The notes beneath the pieces were generated by a model, which saw only the letters and a program-made list of their open reading frames with translations, was not told the DNA's origin and did no database searches. A stretch of DNA of 64,000 bases, taken from contig NC_091987.1 in assembly GCF_044704955.1 (NCBI RefSeq), positions 97,588,001-97,652,000 of the forward strand. The letters are read 5' to 3'. Positions 36,931 to 49,156 of the stretch are shown here, piece after piece. The position numbers and the translations under genes are program-made. Every line of letters starts with the position of its first letter. Within the stretch, counting starts at the first letter, position 1. The DNA comes from Pristiophorus japonicus (taxonomy: Eukaryota).

Positions 36931-38017
36931 CATTACCAGGTTTCCTGTCTGAGAATTATGCAATGGGATTGGATGTTTAGAAAGCTTATTGACATTGGAG
37001 CAGCATTGCACTCGGGATTTCCCCCTAAAGAGCACTGAAATCACTTGAACATCACAAAAGGCAAACTTATCACCAGAGATCGCGAGATTTCTGTGGGCAG
37101 CTTTCTTTGGAGGGCCAGCCACGAAGGCCTTTGCTTCACCGATGACCACAAAATCTTGGCCTCTGTCTCTGTACTGTACTGAAGTGTCGGTTTTCATCTG
37201 TGTAGTACTCTTCCTTGTGTAGAAGGAAGAGTACTAACAACAGAGTTGGAGCTGACACTTGCCATCCCTGCACATATCCCAGCATTTGTTACAAAGGGTC
37301 ATCCTCAGGTGATCCACCCCAAAATGCTGCAAACCAACCTAAACATAGAAAATAGGGTGCAGGAGTAAGCCATTCGGCTCTTTGAGTCTGCATCACCATT
37401 CAATAAGATCATGGCTGATCAGTCACCTCAGTACCCCTTTCCTCCTAAAATACTGCAGAAAAAAAAGTGGGTTAAGGCAAATCTAATTTAAAAGTTTAAA
37501 GAACAAAAAACCGCTTCCTGCTTTTTGGTTTTGACTTCCTGATACGAATTGGAACAAGTTGCTCATGTACACGGAAATCTAGCTGGCGTAGTTGTCCAAA
37601 ATAAAACCCCACAAGGTACACCAGTGAGACATTTATTGCCAAAGGTTTAGGGTTAAGGAACGCCCAGAGTTAAATGGAGATGTTGTGTTATCCAACAGCA
37701 GTCACTATTTTAGCTTCCCAGTGGGTTTAAAAAGGGAACACGTTAAATGACTTTAAATGTATGTGAAGTAAGAGCATGTTTGCAACCGATAAGGCCATGG
37801 ATTGGAGTGAGATGCAGGTGCAAGGTTATTCTAGGCGCTGCTACAGCTTTCCCGACGGTCACCTCACGACACACGAAGGCTGCCAAGACAGACTGGGCGG
37901 GCGGCCTCCATCCCTCGTGGGAGGGAAACCAGGCCACCATCAACGAGAAACACATTACAATCATTCAACCTCTCTGCTTCGTCTTTTAAATTAAAAAAAA
38001 TAGAGGATTACACAAAC

Positions 38018-38310
38018 CTGGCTTCGGCCTCTTCAAATCCGCTCCGTCCCGTCCGCACAACGGCTATTCCAGCCTCCGCATCCTCGCCGCATGCCGACCC
38101 CGCCCCCCGGGTAATGATGGACACCCGCGCCCGCCAATAGAAAGCGCGACCATCACCCGAGCCGCCAATGGAAAGCGCGACTGTCTCCCGAGCCGCCAAT
38201 GGAAAGCGCGACCGTAACCCAAGCCGCCAATCGTCTCCCCCTTCACGGTTAGGGGGATTCCGCCCACTTTTAATACAGGAGTGTCGAATGGAACAAGAGC
38301 CGCCATTGGC
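38018..38310 (-). promoter_or_regulatory. TMEM50B: Probable TMEM50B promoter and non-coding exon 1 (CpG island-like)
   Basis: Unique CpG-rich patch between DNAJC28 and the TMEM50B ATG exon. GC boxes (about 38098-38106 and 38260-38266), CCAAT boxes, and a minus-strand donor CAG|GTTTGT at 38018/38017. Assignment to TMEM50B is an inference. Confidence 0.6.
38124..38232. repeat. 31-bp tandem repeat (~3.5 copies), one CCAAT box per unit
   Basis: CCAAT at 38134, 38165, 38196 and 38227; unit approximately CCCGAGCCGCCAATGGAAAGCGCGACYRTMW. Confidence 0.9.
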
Positions 38311-38402
38311 TGTCCAAAGTGAAGCCCTCTTGCACGTCAATTTACTGATAAGGCACTACAGTGGCAGTCCACAGAATTGTTCAGATCATTGCTAGCAGCT
38401 GA

Positions 38403-38968
38403 ATCATCATCATAGGCAGGCCCTCGGAATCGAGGAAGACATGCTTCCACTCGAAAAATGAGTCCTTAGGTGGCTGTACAATCCAATACGGGAATTACAG
38501 TCTCTGTCACAGGTGGGGCAGATAGTCATTGAGGGAAAGGATGGGTGGGACAGGTTTGCCGCACGCTCTTTCCGCTGTCTGCATTTGATTTCTGCATGCT
38601 CTCGGCGATGAGACTCGAGGTGCTGAGCGCCCTCCCGGATACTTTTCCTCCACTTAGGGAGGTCTTTGGCCAGGGACTCCCAGGTGTCAGTGGGGATGTT
38701 GCATTTTATCAAGGAGGCTTTGAGGTGTCCTTGTAACGTTTCCTCTGCCCATCTTGAGCTCACCTGCCATGTAGAGCACTTGCTTTGGGAGTCTTGTGTC
38801 AGGCATGTGAACAATGTGGCCCGCCCAGTGGAGCTGGTTGAGTGTGGTCAGTGCTTCTATGCTGGGAATGTTGGCCTGATCGAGGATGCTAACATTGGTG
38901 CGTCTGTCCTCCCAGAGGATTTGCAGGATTTTGCAGAGACATCGTTGGTGGTATTTCTCCAGCGATTT
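38403..38968 (-). mobile_element. RTE LINE 3' fragment
   Basis: ORFs 38687..38995 and 38410..38814 carry the RTE C-terminus; (CAT)n tail. Confidence 0.92.
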
Positions 38969-39130
38969 GCAGTAGCTCACTGCAGTAGCTGCCAATTTAC
39001 CACATCACAAGGTCAGAATTTTGAGCAAAAGAAGAGGGCGACCAGCTGGCAAATTCATTAGATTAAATATTTTTTCCCCAAGGAGACATGTACAGGTAAC
39101 AGTTTGCTTTTTTCCATCAATAAAGTAGAC

Positions 39131-39567
39131 ACTTGAGGTTATTTAGCGCCTTTATATAGCAACCATCGAATGTCCCAAAACGTATTACAGACAATGAAGT
39201 ACTTTTTGAAGTGTAGTCACTGTTGTAATGTAGGAAACGCTTTAGCCAATTAGTGCACAGCAAGCTCCCACAAACAGCAATGTGATAATGACCAGATAAT
39301 CTGTTTTTTTATGTCATGTTGATTGAGGGATAAATATTGGCCAGGACATCAGGAATAATTCCCCCGCTCTTCTTCTAATTAGAGCCATGGGATCTTTTAT
39401 GTCCACTTGAGAGAGCAGACAGGGCCTCAGTTTAACGTCTCATCCAAAAGATGGCACCTCCGACAGTGTAGCGCTCCCTTAGCACTGCACTGGAGTGTCG
39501 GCCGAGATTTTTGTTCTCAAGAGTGGGACTTGAACCCACAGCGTTTTGACTCAGAGTTGAGAGTGTT
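39131..39567 (-). mobile_element. Deu-domain tRNA SINE whose head is split by the full-length CR1 (remainder at 44287-44310)
   Basis: Reverse complement of the 36474 SINE; ...GACTCAGAGTTGAGAGTG continues as TACCCACTGAACCACAGCAGACAC after the CR1 tail. Confidence 0.82.
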
Positions 39568-40085
39568 GTCGAGGAGGCGGAGCGGGGAGATCGAGGCGTC
39601 CTACAAAAGGCCCAGGAGTCGGGAGGCTCGGGAGTTCGAGTGTCATCGAGGAGGCAGAGCGGGGAGATCGAGGCGGCCCACAAAAGGCCCAGGAATCGGG
39701 AGGCTCGAGCAGGCGGAGCAGGGAGATCGTGGTGGCCTACAAAAGGCCCAGAAGTTGGGAGGCTCAGGAGTTCGAGTGTCGTCGAGGAGGCAGAGTGGAG
39801 AGATCGAGGTGGCCTACAAAAGGCCCAGGTGTCGGGAGGCTCGGGAGTTCGAGTGTTGTCGAGGAGGCGGAGCGGGGAGATCGAGGCGGCCTACTAAAAG
39901 CCCAGGTGTCGGGAGGCTCAGGAGTTCGAATGTCATCGAGGGGGCGGAGCAGGGACATCGAGGCAGCCTACAAAAGGCCCAGGAGTCGGGAGGCTCGGGA
40001 GTTCGAGTGTCGTTGAGGGGGCGGAGCAGGGAGATCGAGGCAGCCTACAAAAGGCCCAGGAGTCGGGAGTTTGAGTGTCGTCGAG
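39561..40085 (+). repeat. 77-bp tandem monomer array (7 cores) at the CR1 5' end
   Basis: Unit starts at 39561, 39638, 39774, 39851, 39928 and 40005 (one junction is internally deleted); core GGCCTACAAAAGGCCCAGG. Confidence 0.92.
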
Positions 40086-40268
40086 CAGGTCAGCCGGTGC
40101 AGCTGCAGCAGGGTGGCAAAAAGAAGTAGAAAGAAATAGAAAGGTGACGTCACAGACAAGGGGTAAGTGATTGGCTGGTGATTGGTGAGTAGTTTTTTGT
40201 TTTCTTTTCTATATCAGTAAGTAACATTTAGCCTTGTTGCCAATTTAAGTTAATCTAAGGGTTAAGAC

Positions 40269-41215
40269 ATGGCATGAGAGCTCGGACACGTGTTATGCTC
40301 CTCCTGTGCTATGTGGGAAGTCAGGGATGGTTCTGGTGTCCCTGACAACTATGTTTGCGGGAAGTGCATCCGCCTCCAGCTCCTGATGGACCGCATTGCG
40401 ACACTGGAGATGCGGGTGGATTCACTCTGAAGCATGCACGATTCTGAGAATGACGTGAATAGCACGTTTAGCGAGTTGGTTTCACCGCAGGTAAAAGGTA
40501 CACAGCCAGATAGTAAATGGGTGACCAGCAGGAAGAGCAGTGCAAGGAAGGTAGGGCAGGGGTCCCCTGCAGTCATCCCCCTGCAAAACAGATACACCGC
40601 TTTGGGTACTGTTGAGGGGATGACTCATCAGGGGAGGGCAGCAGAAGCCAAGTTCATGGCACCGTGGGTGGCTCTGCTGCAAAGGAGGGCAGGAAAAAGA
40701 GTGGGAGAGCTATAGTGATAGGGGATTCGATTGTAAGGGGAATAGATAGGCGTTTCTGCGGCCGCAACCAATACTCCAGGATGGTATGTTGCCTCCCTGG
40801 TGCAAGGGTCAAGGATGTCTTGGAGTGGGTGCAGGGCATTCTGAAAAGGGAGGGTGAACAGCCAGTTGTCGTGGTGCACATAGGTACCAACGATATAGGT
40901 AAAAAACGGGATGAGGTCCTACAAGACGAATTTGGGGAGCTAGGAGCTAAATTAAAAAGTAGGACCTCAAAAGTAGTAATCTCAGGATTGCTATCAGTGC
41001 CACGTGCTAGTCAGAGTAAGAATCGCAGGATAGCACAGATGAATACGTGGCTTGAGGAGTGGTGCAAAAGGGAGGGATTCAAATTCCTGGGACATTGGAA
41101 CCGGTTCTGGAGGAGGTGGGACCAGTACAAACCAGACGGTCTGTACCTGGGCAGGACCGGAACCAATGTCTAAAGGGGAGCGTTTGCTAGTGCTGTTGGG
41201 GAGGAGTTAAACTAA
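40269..41215 (+). pseudogene. CR1 ORF1 (zinc finger, coiled coil, SGNH esterase), disrupted
   Basis: ATG at 40269; CSSC-x16-CGKC; LQLLMDRIATLEMRVDSL heptads; VIGDSIVRG and HIGTND; in-frame stops. Confidence 0.9.
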
Positions 41216-44200
41216 CATGGCAGGGGGATGGGAACCTATGCAGGAGATAGAGGGAAATAAAATGGAGGCAGAAGCAAAAGATAGAAAGGAGAATAGTAAA
41301 AGTGGAAGGCAGAGAAACCCAAGGCAAAAAACAAAAAGGGCCACATTACAGCAAAATTCTAAATGGGGCAAAGTGTGTGAGAAAGAAAAGCCTGAAGGCT
41401 CTGTGCCTCAATGCGAGGAGTATTCGGAATAAGGTGGACAAATTAACTGCGCAGACAGCAGTTAACGGAAATGATGTAATTGGCATCACAGAGACATGGC
41501 TCCAGGGTGACCAAGGCTGGGAACTCAACATCCAGGGGTATTCAACATTTAGGAAGGATAGGCAGAGAGGAAAAGGAGGCGGGGTGGTGTTGCTGGTTAT
41601 AGAGGAAATTAATGCAATAGTAAGGAGGGACATTTGCTTGGATGATGTGGAATTGGTATGGGTGGAGCTGCGGAATACCAAAGGGCAGAAAACGCTAGTG
41701 GGAGTTGTGTACAGACCACCAAACAGTAGTAGTGAGATTGGGGACAACATCAAACAAGAAATAAGGGATGTGTTCAATAAAACTACAGCAGTTATCATGG
41801 GTGACTTTAATCTACATATTGATTGGGCTAACCAAACCAGTAGTAATGCGGTAGAGGAGGATTTCCTGGAGTGTATTAGGGATGGTTTTCTCAACCAATA
41901 TGTCGAGGAACTAACGAGAGCTGGCCATCCTTGACTGGGTGATGTATAATGAGAAGGGACTAATTAGCAATCTTGTTGTGCAAGGCTCCTTGGGGAAGAG
42001 TGACCATAATATGGTAGAATTCTTTATTAAAAAGTAGAGTGACACAGTTAATTCGGAAACTAGGGTCCTGAACTTAAGGAAAGGTAACTTCGACGGTATG
42101 AGGCGTGAATTGGCTAGAATAGACTGGTGAATGATACTTAAAGGGTTGACGGTGGATAAGCAATGGCAAACATTTAAAGATCACATGGATGAACTTCAGC
42201 AATTGTACATCCCTGTCTGGAGTAAAAATAAAATGGGGAAGATAGCTCAATCGTAGCTAACAAGAGAAATTAAGGATAGTGTTAAAACCAAGGAAGAGGT
42301 ACATAAATTGGCTAGAACAGTAACAAATCTGAGGACTGGGAGAAATTTAGAATTCAACAGAGGAGGACTTAGGGTTTAATTAAGAGGGGGAAAATAAAGT
42401 ACGAGAGGAAGCTTGCAGGGAACATAAAAACTGACTGCAAAAGCTTCTATAAATATGTGAAGGGAAAAAGATTAATGAAGACAAATGTAGGTCCCTTGCA
42501 GTCGGATTCAGGTGAATTTATAATGGGGAACAAAGAAATGGCAGACCAATTGAACAAATACTTCGGTTCTGTCTTCACGAAGGAAGACACAAATAACCTT
42601 CCGAATGTTTTAGGGGACAGTGGGTCTAGTGAGAAGGAGGAACTGAAGGATATCCTTATTAGGCGGGAAATTGTGTTAGGGAAATTGATGGGATTGAAGG
42701 CTGATAAATCCCCGGGGCCTGATAGTCTGCATCTTAGAGTACTTAAGGAAGTGGCCCTAGAAATAGTGGATGCATTGGTGATCATTTTCCAACAGTCTAT
42801 CGACTCTGGATCAGTTTCTATGGACTGGAGGGTAGCTAATGTAACACCACTTTATAAAAAAGGAGGGAGAGAGAAAACGGGTAATTATAGACCGGTTAGC
42901 CTGACATCAGTAGTGGGGAAAATGTTGGAATCGATCATGAAGGATGAAATAGCAGTGCATTTGGAAAGCATTGACAGGATCGGTCCAAGTCAGCATGGAT
43001 TTATGAAAGGGAAATCATGTTTGATGACTCTTCTGGAATTTTTTGAGGATGTAACTAGCATAGTGGACAAGGGAGAACCAGTGGATGTGGTGTATTTGGT
43101 CTTTCAAAAGGCTTTTGACAAGGTCCTGCACAAGAGATTGGTGTGCAAAGTTAAAGCGCATTGTATTGGGGGCAATGTACTGACGTGGATAGAGAACTGG
43201 TTGGCAGACAGGAAACAGAGTCGGGATAAACGGGTCCTTTTCAGAATGGCAGGCAGTGACTAGTGGAGTGCCGCAGGGCTCAGTGCTGGGACCCCAACTC
43301 TTTACAATATACATTAACGATTTGGATGAAGGAATTGAGTGTAATATCTCCAAGTTTGCAGATGATACTAAACTGTGTGGCGGTATGAGCTGTGAGGGAG
43401 ATGCTAAGAGGCTGCAGGGTGACTTGGACAGGTCAGGTGAGTGGGCAAATGCATGGCAGATGCAGTATAATGTGGATAAATGTGAGGTTATTCATTTTGG
43501 GGGCAAAAACACAAAAGCAGAATATTATCTAAATGGCGGCAGATTAGGAAAAGGGGAGGTGCAACAAGACCTGGGTGTCATGGTTCATCAGTCATTGAAG
43601 GTTGGCATGCAGGTACAACAGGCGGTGAAGAAGGCAAATGGCATGTTGGCCTTCATAGCGAGACGTTTTGAGTATGGAAGCAGGGAGGTCTTACTGCAGT
43701 TGTACAGGTCCTTGGTGAGGCCACACCTTGAATATTGTGTACAGTTTTGGTCTCCTAATCTGAGGAAGGACGTTCTTGCTATTGAGGGAGTGCAGCGAAG
43801 GTTCACCAGACTAATTCCAGGGATGGCTGGACTGTCATATGAGGAGAGACTGGATCAACTGGGTGTTTATTCACTGGCGTTTAGAAGGATGAGAGGGGAT
43901 CTCATAGAAACGTATAAGATTCTGACGGGACTGGATAGATTAGATGCGGGAAGAATGTTCCCGATGTTGGGGAAGTCCAGAACCAGGGGACAGAGTCTTA
44001 GGATAAGGGGTAGGCCATTTAGGACTGAGATGCGGAGAAACTTCTTCACTCAGAGAGTTGTTAACCTGTAGAATTTCCTGCCGCAGAGAGTTGTTGATGC
44101 CAGTTCATTGGATATATTCAAGAGGGAGTTAGATATGGCCCTTGTGGCTAAGGGGATCAAGGGGTATGGAGAGAAAGCAGGAAAGGGGTACTGAGGGAAT

Positions 44201-44958
44201 GATCAGCCATGATCTCATTGAATGGCGGTGCAGTCCCGAAGGGCCGAACGGCCTACTCCTGCACCTATTTTCTATGTTTCTATGTTTACCCACTGAACCA
44301 CAGCAGACACACTGTAGATAGCAGGTTGATGTTGGTTGTGCTGGGAAGGTTCACATATGCCAACCACCAGCATTTCAACCCATGTAGTTGCTTGTTGACA
44401 AGAATAAAAATCAATTATTTCCACTTGGATATTGATAATCTGATCAGCTGAAATACACAACTGGAGGCTGTCAGACCAACCAGATGTTACTGTCTCTGAT
44501 TGTTGGCTACGCACAAACTGGAGCCAGGACATTTTTTAATGCATTGTGGTTTCCAAGCGACATGGTTACATGTAGGATTAGTGTTTATCCCCAGAGAAAT
44601 TATATATTTTCAATAAATTGCTAAAATGCAGCTTTTTAAATTTTAAAAAATCTACATAATTCAGACAGGAACTTTATGGAGTATGCCGCTGTTGTTTTAT
44701 ATCTCATTTGTGAAACGAAGAGTGTTCCCTGGTACAAATGCATTAGCTGGCTTTATTTCAGCATTCTTACTGCACGCCAAAGTTTGGTTATAAAATGGGA
44801 AGTTGGGGTTTGAGGTTTAATCTTGTAGTAGGCTCCAAAATGACAGTAAATGCAGCTGATCAAGTGTTAAAATGCAAATCAATTTCAGGGAGAATGGTGG
44901 GGGAAAACATGATTCAGCCATCCATAGGAAATAAATCTCATGCCTTCACACTCGCATT

Positions 44959-45980
44959 AACAACAATTTGCATTTTTATAAGCGTTTTCAAGTAGTAAAA
45001 CGTCCCAAGCAACTTCACAGAAGAGTAATTGGAAATAGATTGACACTGAGCCAAAGAATTAGGACAGGTAACCAAAAACTTAGTTAAAGAAGTAGGTTTT
45101 AAGGAGTATCTTAAAGAATAAGATGTAGAGAGATGGAGAGGTTTAGGGAAGGAATTTCAGCGCTCAGGGCCTAGATGGTGGAAGGCACGACCACCAATGG
45201 TCGAGCAAAAGAAGTGGGGGATACACGTGGCCAGAGTTGAAGGAATACAAAGATCTTGGAGGGTTGTAAGGATATAGGAAATTACAGCGACAGAGAGGGA
45301 CAAGGCCTTAGAGAGATTTGAACACAAGGAGACCTTTTAAAATTGACGCCTTGATGGACCGGGAGCCGATGTAGGCCAGTCACCACTGGGGTGATGGCTG
45401 AATGAGATTTGGTGTGAGTTAGGATACAGGCAGCAGAGTTTTGGATGAGCTCATGCTTATGGAGGATGAAAGGTGGGAGGCCAGTCAAGAGAGCATTGGA
45501 ATAGTTGAGTGTTATGTATGTAAACATTGTAACTGTGTAAGACTTGCCACCAGAGGTCGCAACTGTTGGAGGCCCAAGGGTCACCTGCACACCTCGTGCA
45601 AGGGAGTATAAAAGGTTGTCTGCCATGCTGCTTAGGCACTCTAGAGCTGTATTAAAGAATCTAAGATCACATCAGTTTTAGCTCACAGTACTCAGTCTTG
45701 TGGAGTTCTTCCATACATAACATCGAACAAAAGCATGGATGAGAGTTGCAGCAAGAGCTGGGCTGAGGCAGGGGCAGAGATGGGAGATATGACTGAGATG
45801 GAATCTGGCGGACTTTGTGATGGATAGGATATGGGGTCGGAAGCTTAGCTCTAATAGGACTCCAAGGTTGCAAACAGTCACTTTCAACATCAGAAAGTGG
45901 TGAGAGAAAGGGATGGAATCAGTGGAAAGGGAACAGATTTATTGGCGGGAGCTGAAGACAATGGCTTCAGAATCTTCCCA
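44959..45980 (-). mobile_element. L2 3' fragment interrupted by a solo LTR
   Basis: NLGVLLELSFRPHI...LIHAFV and LNYSNALLTGLP...IQNSAACIL on the minus strand; tail reverse complement AACAACAATTTGCATTT. Confidence 0.85.
45510..45722 (+). mobile_element. Solo LTR (Gypsy-type), 213 bp
   Basis: TGTTATGTATG...CATACATAACA 11-bp inverted termini; TATAAAA and ATTAAA; flanks TTGAG/TCGAA (decayed 5-bp TSD). Confidence 0.85.
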
Positions 45981-48900
45981 TTGTTCGGTATATTTCAACA
46001 GCATAAAACCACAACACTAAATTGGAATTGGCAAACCCATCATAAAAAGGCTGTTGAAGACCTTATTCAGCAATTTTTCATGTGCTAGAATCAGTTAAAA
46101 ATAATATTAAAAGTTGAACCTTTTGCTCTAAAAAAAATTGCAATCAAGCCAAATTTTACTACCTTCAGCTTTTCTGAAAAATAAATAGGTATTTCATGGA
46201 AGTCGGTTCTCGGTTTAATAATTGAGGACAAAACATTAGAGATAGAAAGAGAAACAGGCAAGTTCACTAAATAGTGGATGACATTGCACATGGCAAGTAG
46301 GAGAATGTGGTCTCTTTCTTACCAGTCCCTGTTGTCTTCATGGTGCCGTTTCGCTCCCCTCTTATGCCTCTCTGTTTCTCTTCTCTTCTACTGCTCTCTC
46401 TCCCAACCCTTTTGCTTCTCTTTCCTTTTCTTCTTTCCTAACAGATGGAGGTGGTGCTACTGAGGGTCTACAGGTTGCATATTGCGGTGGGGAATGTGGG
46501 GGAAATGTTGCCTGCAGTCCTCAGGGGCTGTCTTACCATCTTCTCCCCATTGCGTGCTTCCTCCGATCCACTTGCTCCATCATGTCCCCTACCCCTTCTC
46601 CTTCCCACTACCCAAGGGTGAGTGACGAGAGGCCAGAGGTCCCCTCACACTGAACCTGAACCCTCCCCTACATCAAAATACAGCATTGCTTATAAGGAAA
46701 TACTTCATGTAAACATATTTTAAAGATGGCTAATAGAAGGTAGTGTTTGATAAACTTTAGGCTAAATGCCCTTAAAGTTGATAGTCAGAAGCATTCAACC
46801 ATTGGCATGAAACAAAAGCCCAGAGTTAGAATGATACAGTATTACCAGTACAGAAACCAGCCATTTAGACATCATGTTTGTGCCAGTGGGTTTTTTTCCC
46901 CACTTGAGCTAGATTATCTAGTCCTACTCTCCTGTTCACTCCCCATATGCTTCAATATTCCTCTTATTCAAACAACTGTCTGACTCCCATTTAAATTTAT
47001 GGATTCTGCTTCAACAACTGCTTGCAGCAGAGAGTTCCATATTCTAACCAAACTCAAAAGGAATTTTTCCTAACCTCTTCAATTCTTTGCAATTACAATA
47101 AATTGCTGCCCTCTTGTTACCATCTTACCAATCGCTTATCAGTAACATGTAAAAAGTCTAAGTGCTTTTACAAATAAAAGTTAGGACAAATCCTGAAACA
47201 GGATTGTGGCTTAAACAGCCACTTGGATAACTTTGCTGTATATATGGCTTTCCTCCAGTTAGGCAGACTGGGCTAGTTAGATAAAGAAGCCACAAGAAGG
47301 ACAACTTCAGACCAAGGGCATACAGACAAAGAAAGTCATTCGGAATAAGGATTAATAGTAATTCAGTCAGACAGACAAAGGGAGACCCTGTAGAAGATGC
47401 AGACCATTTTAAACAGATAGAATTCTATGCTGGAGAAGAGGTAAGACAGCAAAAGCTCAGTTCAGTCAGAGACTTATCGAGCAGTATTGTGGCTAGTAAT
47501 TCAGTGACAGTCAGAAGAAACAGAGAGGATGCCTGATGATTCAAGAACAAAATTGACAAATAATCTAGATTCCGCTCAATGGCAGAGAGAATGAATGTGC
47601 AGAATTCGGAAAATAGTGTTAGAAATACAATTTGTGCTGCCTTTCATTTCTTGATCTCTAGTAAGTTATAAACCAATTGTTTTCCTAACTAATACAACCT
47701 TAAAGGTTTATAGCACAGAAGGCCATTTGACCCACCATGCTGTGCAGCTCTGCTAGAGTAATCCAAAACTAATCCCACAGTTTCTTCCTCTCCCCATAGT
47801 CATATCTTCCTGTGCTCTAAATATTTATCCACTCTTCCCTTAACAGATGCGATGGTCCCTGCTTCAACTGCCAATGATCCACTTCACTCAGGCTATTGGC
47901 AGAATCTTTAATTCATATTATTTGGATTGGTTGACGTAGAGCAAATATGGTAACATATATTTCACAGACATGTAAACATAATGTATTTCCTCACTAGCTA
48001 TGGGCATTGTAACTAATCATGCCTACATTAACGTAGGGGTCCCAAATTTTGAATTTCCAATCTTAATGGTATCTCGATCTCAGGTATACATTAACTTCTC
48101 CCACAGGTACTATCTTAAAACCTAAATAAATAAATAAGCCCAGAACAATCTCTGTCTGATCTCAATTATCAAAAGTAACCAGTTTAAAGCAATACTGAAT
48201 GAATAAAAAGATAGTGAATGGATAGCTTGATTCCACCACTCCAATAAATTGCTGATCTAAGTCAATAAGATTCTAATGTTCGAGGACTTTAAAAATACTG
48301 TGACAAGGTGTGCGAAAGCCAAGAACCTCCCCTAAGAGATGACGTAGAGGAGGGAGCAGGAAAAGAATCCCTGGCAGCTGAGCCCCCACTTACATATTTT
48401 CTTGTAACTAGTTGGGAGGACCGCAATAGCGCACATGTCCCCTTCCCACCAGGAAGGCAACATTCATACTTTAAAAAAATAAAAGCAAGCCGTAGAAAAT
48501 CATAGATGCCTTCAACTTTATTAGCTGACAATTTGAATAACCCGACAAGGAATTATTTAAAGAGACTGAATAAATGTATTTCCAAAAAAAAATCTGAGCT
48601 TGAGAATTTATATACAGTACTATTTATGTAGTGTATTCTAAACAATGACTTCCTACTATTTCTTTTGGAAATTTACAGCGTATTTTATGCCATCCAATTA
48701 AGACTTTTTAAAGCCACAACTTTTAACACTTCACTTCTGCCCACGAGCCAAAAAGGTGCAACAATAATTAATAACTTAACCTACAGTACTTGTTTTTCCT
48801 TGGTTACGGTATATTACAGGACAGAGAAATTCTACAGGCAAGTTAAACGCTGCTGTGAAAAGCACTAACTGGAATAAACAGATGATAACCAGTTTGTCCT

Positions 48901-49156
48901 ATAGGGTAGATAGAGAGAGAAACTATGTTCTATGATGGGGGAAATCAAGAATGAGGAGTGATGAAATTTGAGGCAGGCCATTTAGGAGGGAAATCAGGAG
49001 GCACTTTTTCACACAAAGGATCGTAAAAATCTGGAATTCTTTCCCCTAAAAGGCTGTGGATGCTGGGACAATTGGAGCTTGCAAGACTGAAATTGACAGA
49101 TTTTTATTAGGTAAGGGTATCAAAGAATATGGAGCTAAGGCAGCTAAATGAATTAC

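Larger units (their letters stand above)
39561..44286 (+). mobile_element. Essentially full-length CR1 LINE (5' monomers, 5' UTR, ORF1, ORF2, tail), inactivated
   Basis: All parts are present in order with several stops/frameshifts; same subfamily as 20811-24381. Confidence 0.95.

Noticed and set aside
39561-40085. Regular repeat array as a CRISPR array; ORFs 39407..40129, 39640..39897 and 39729..40016 as proteins
   Set aside because: The units are contiguous with no unique spacers, there are no cas genes, and the context is eukaryotic. The ORFs are read-through of a stop-poor GC-rich repeat.
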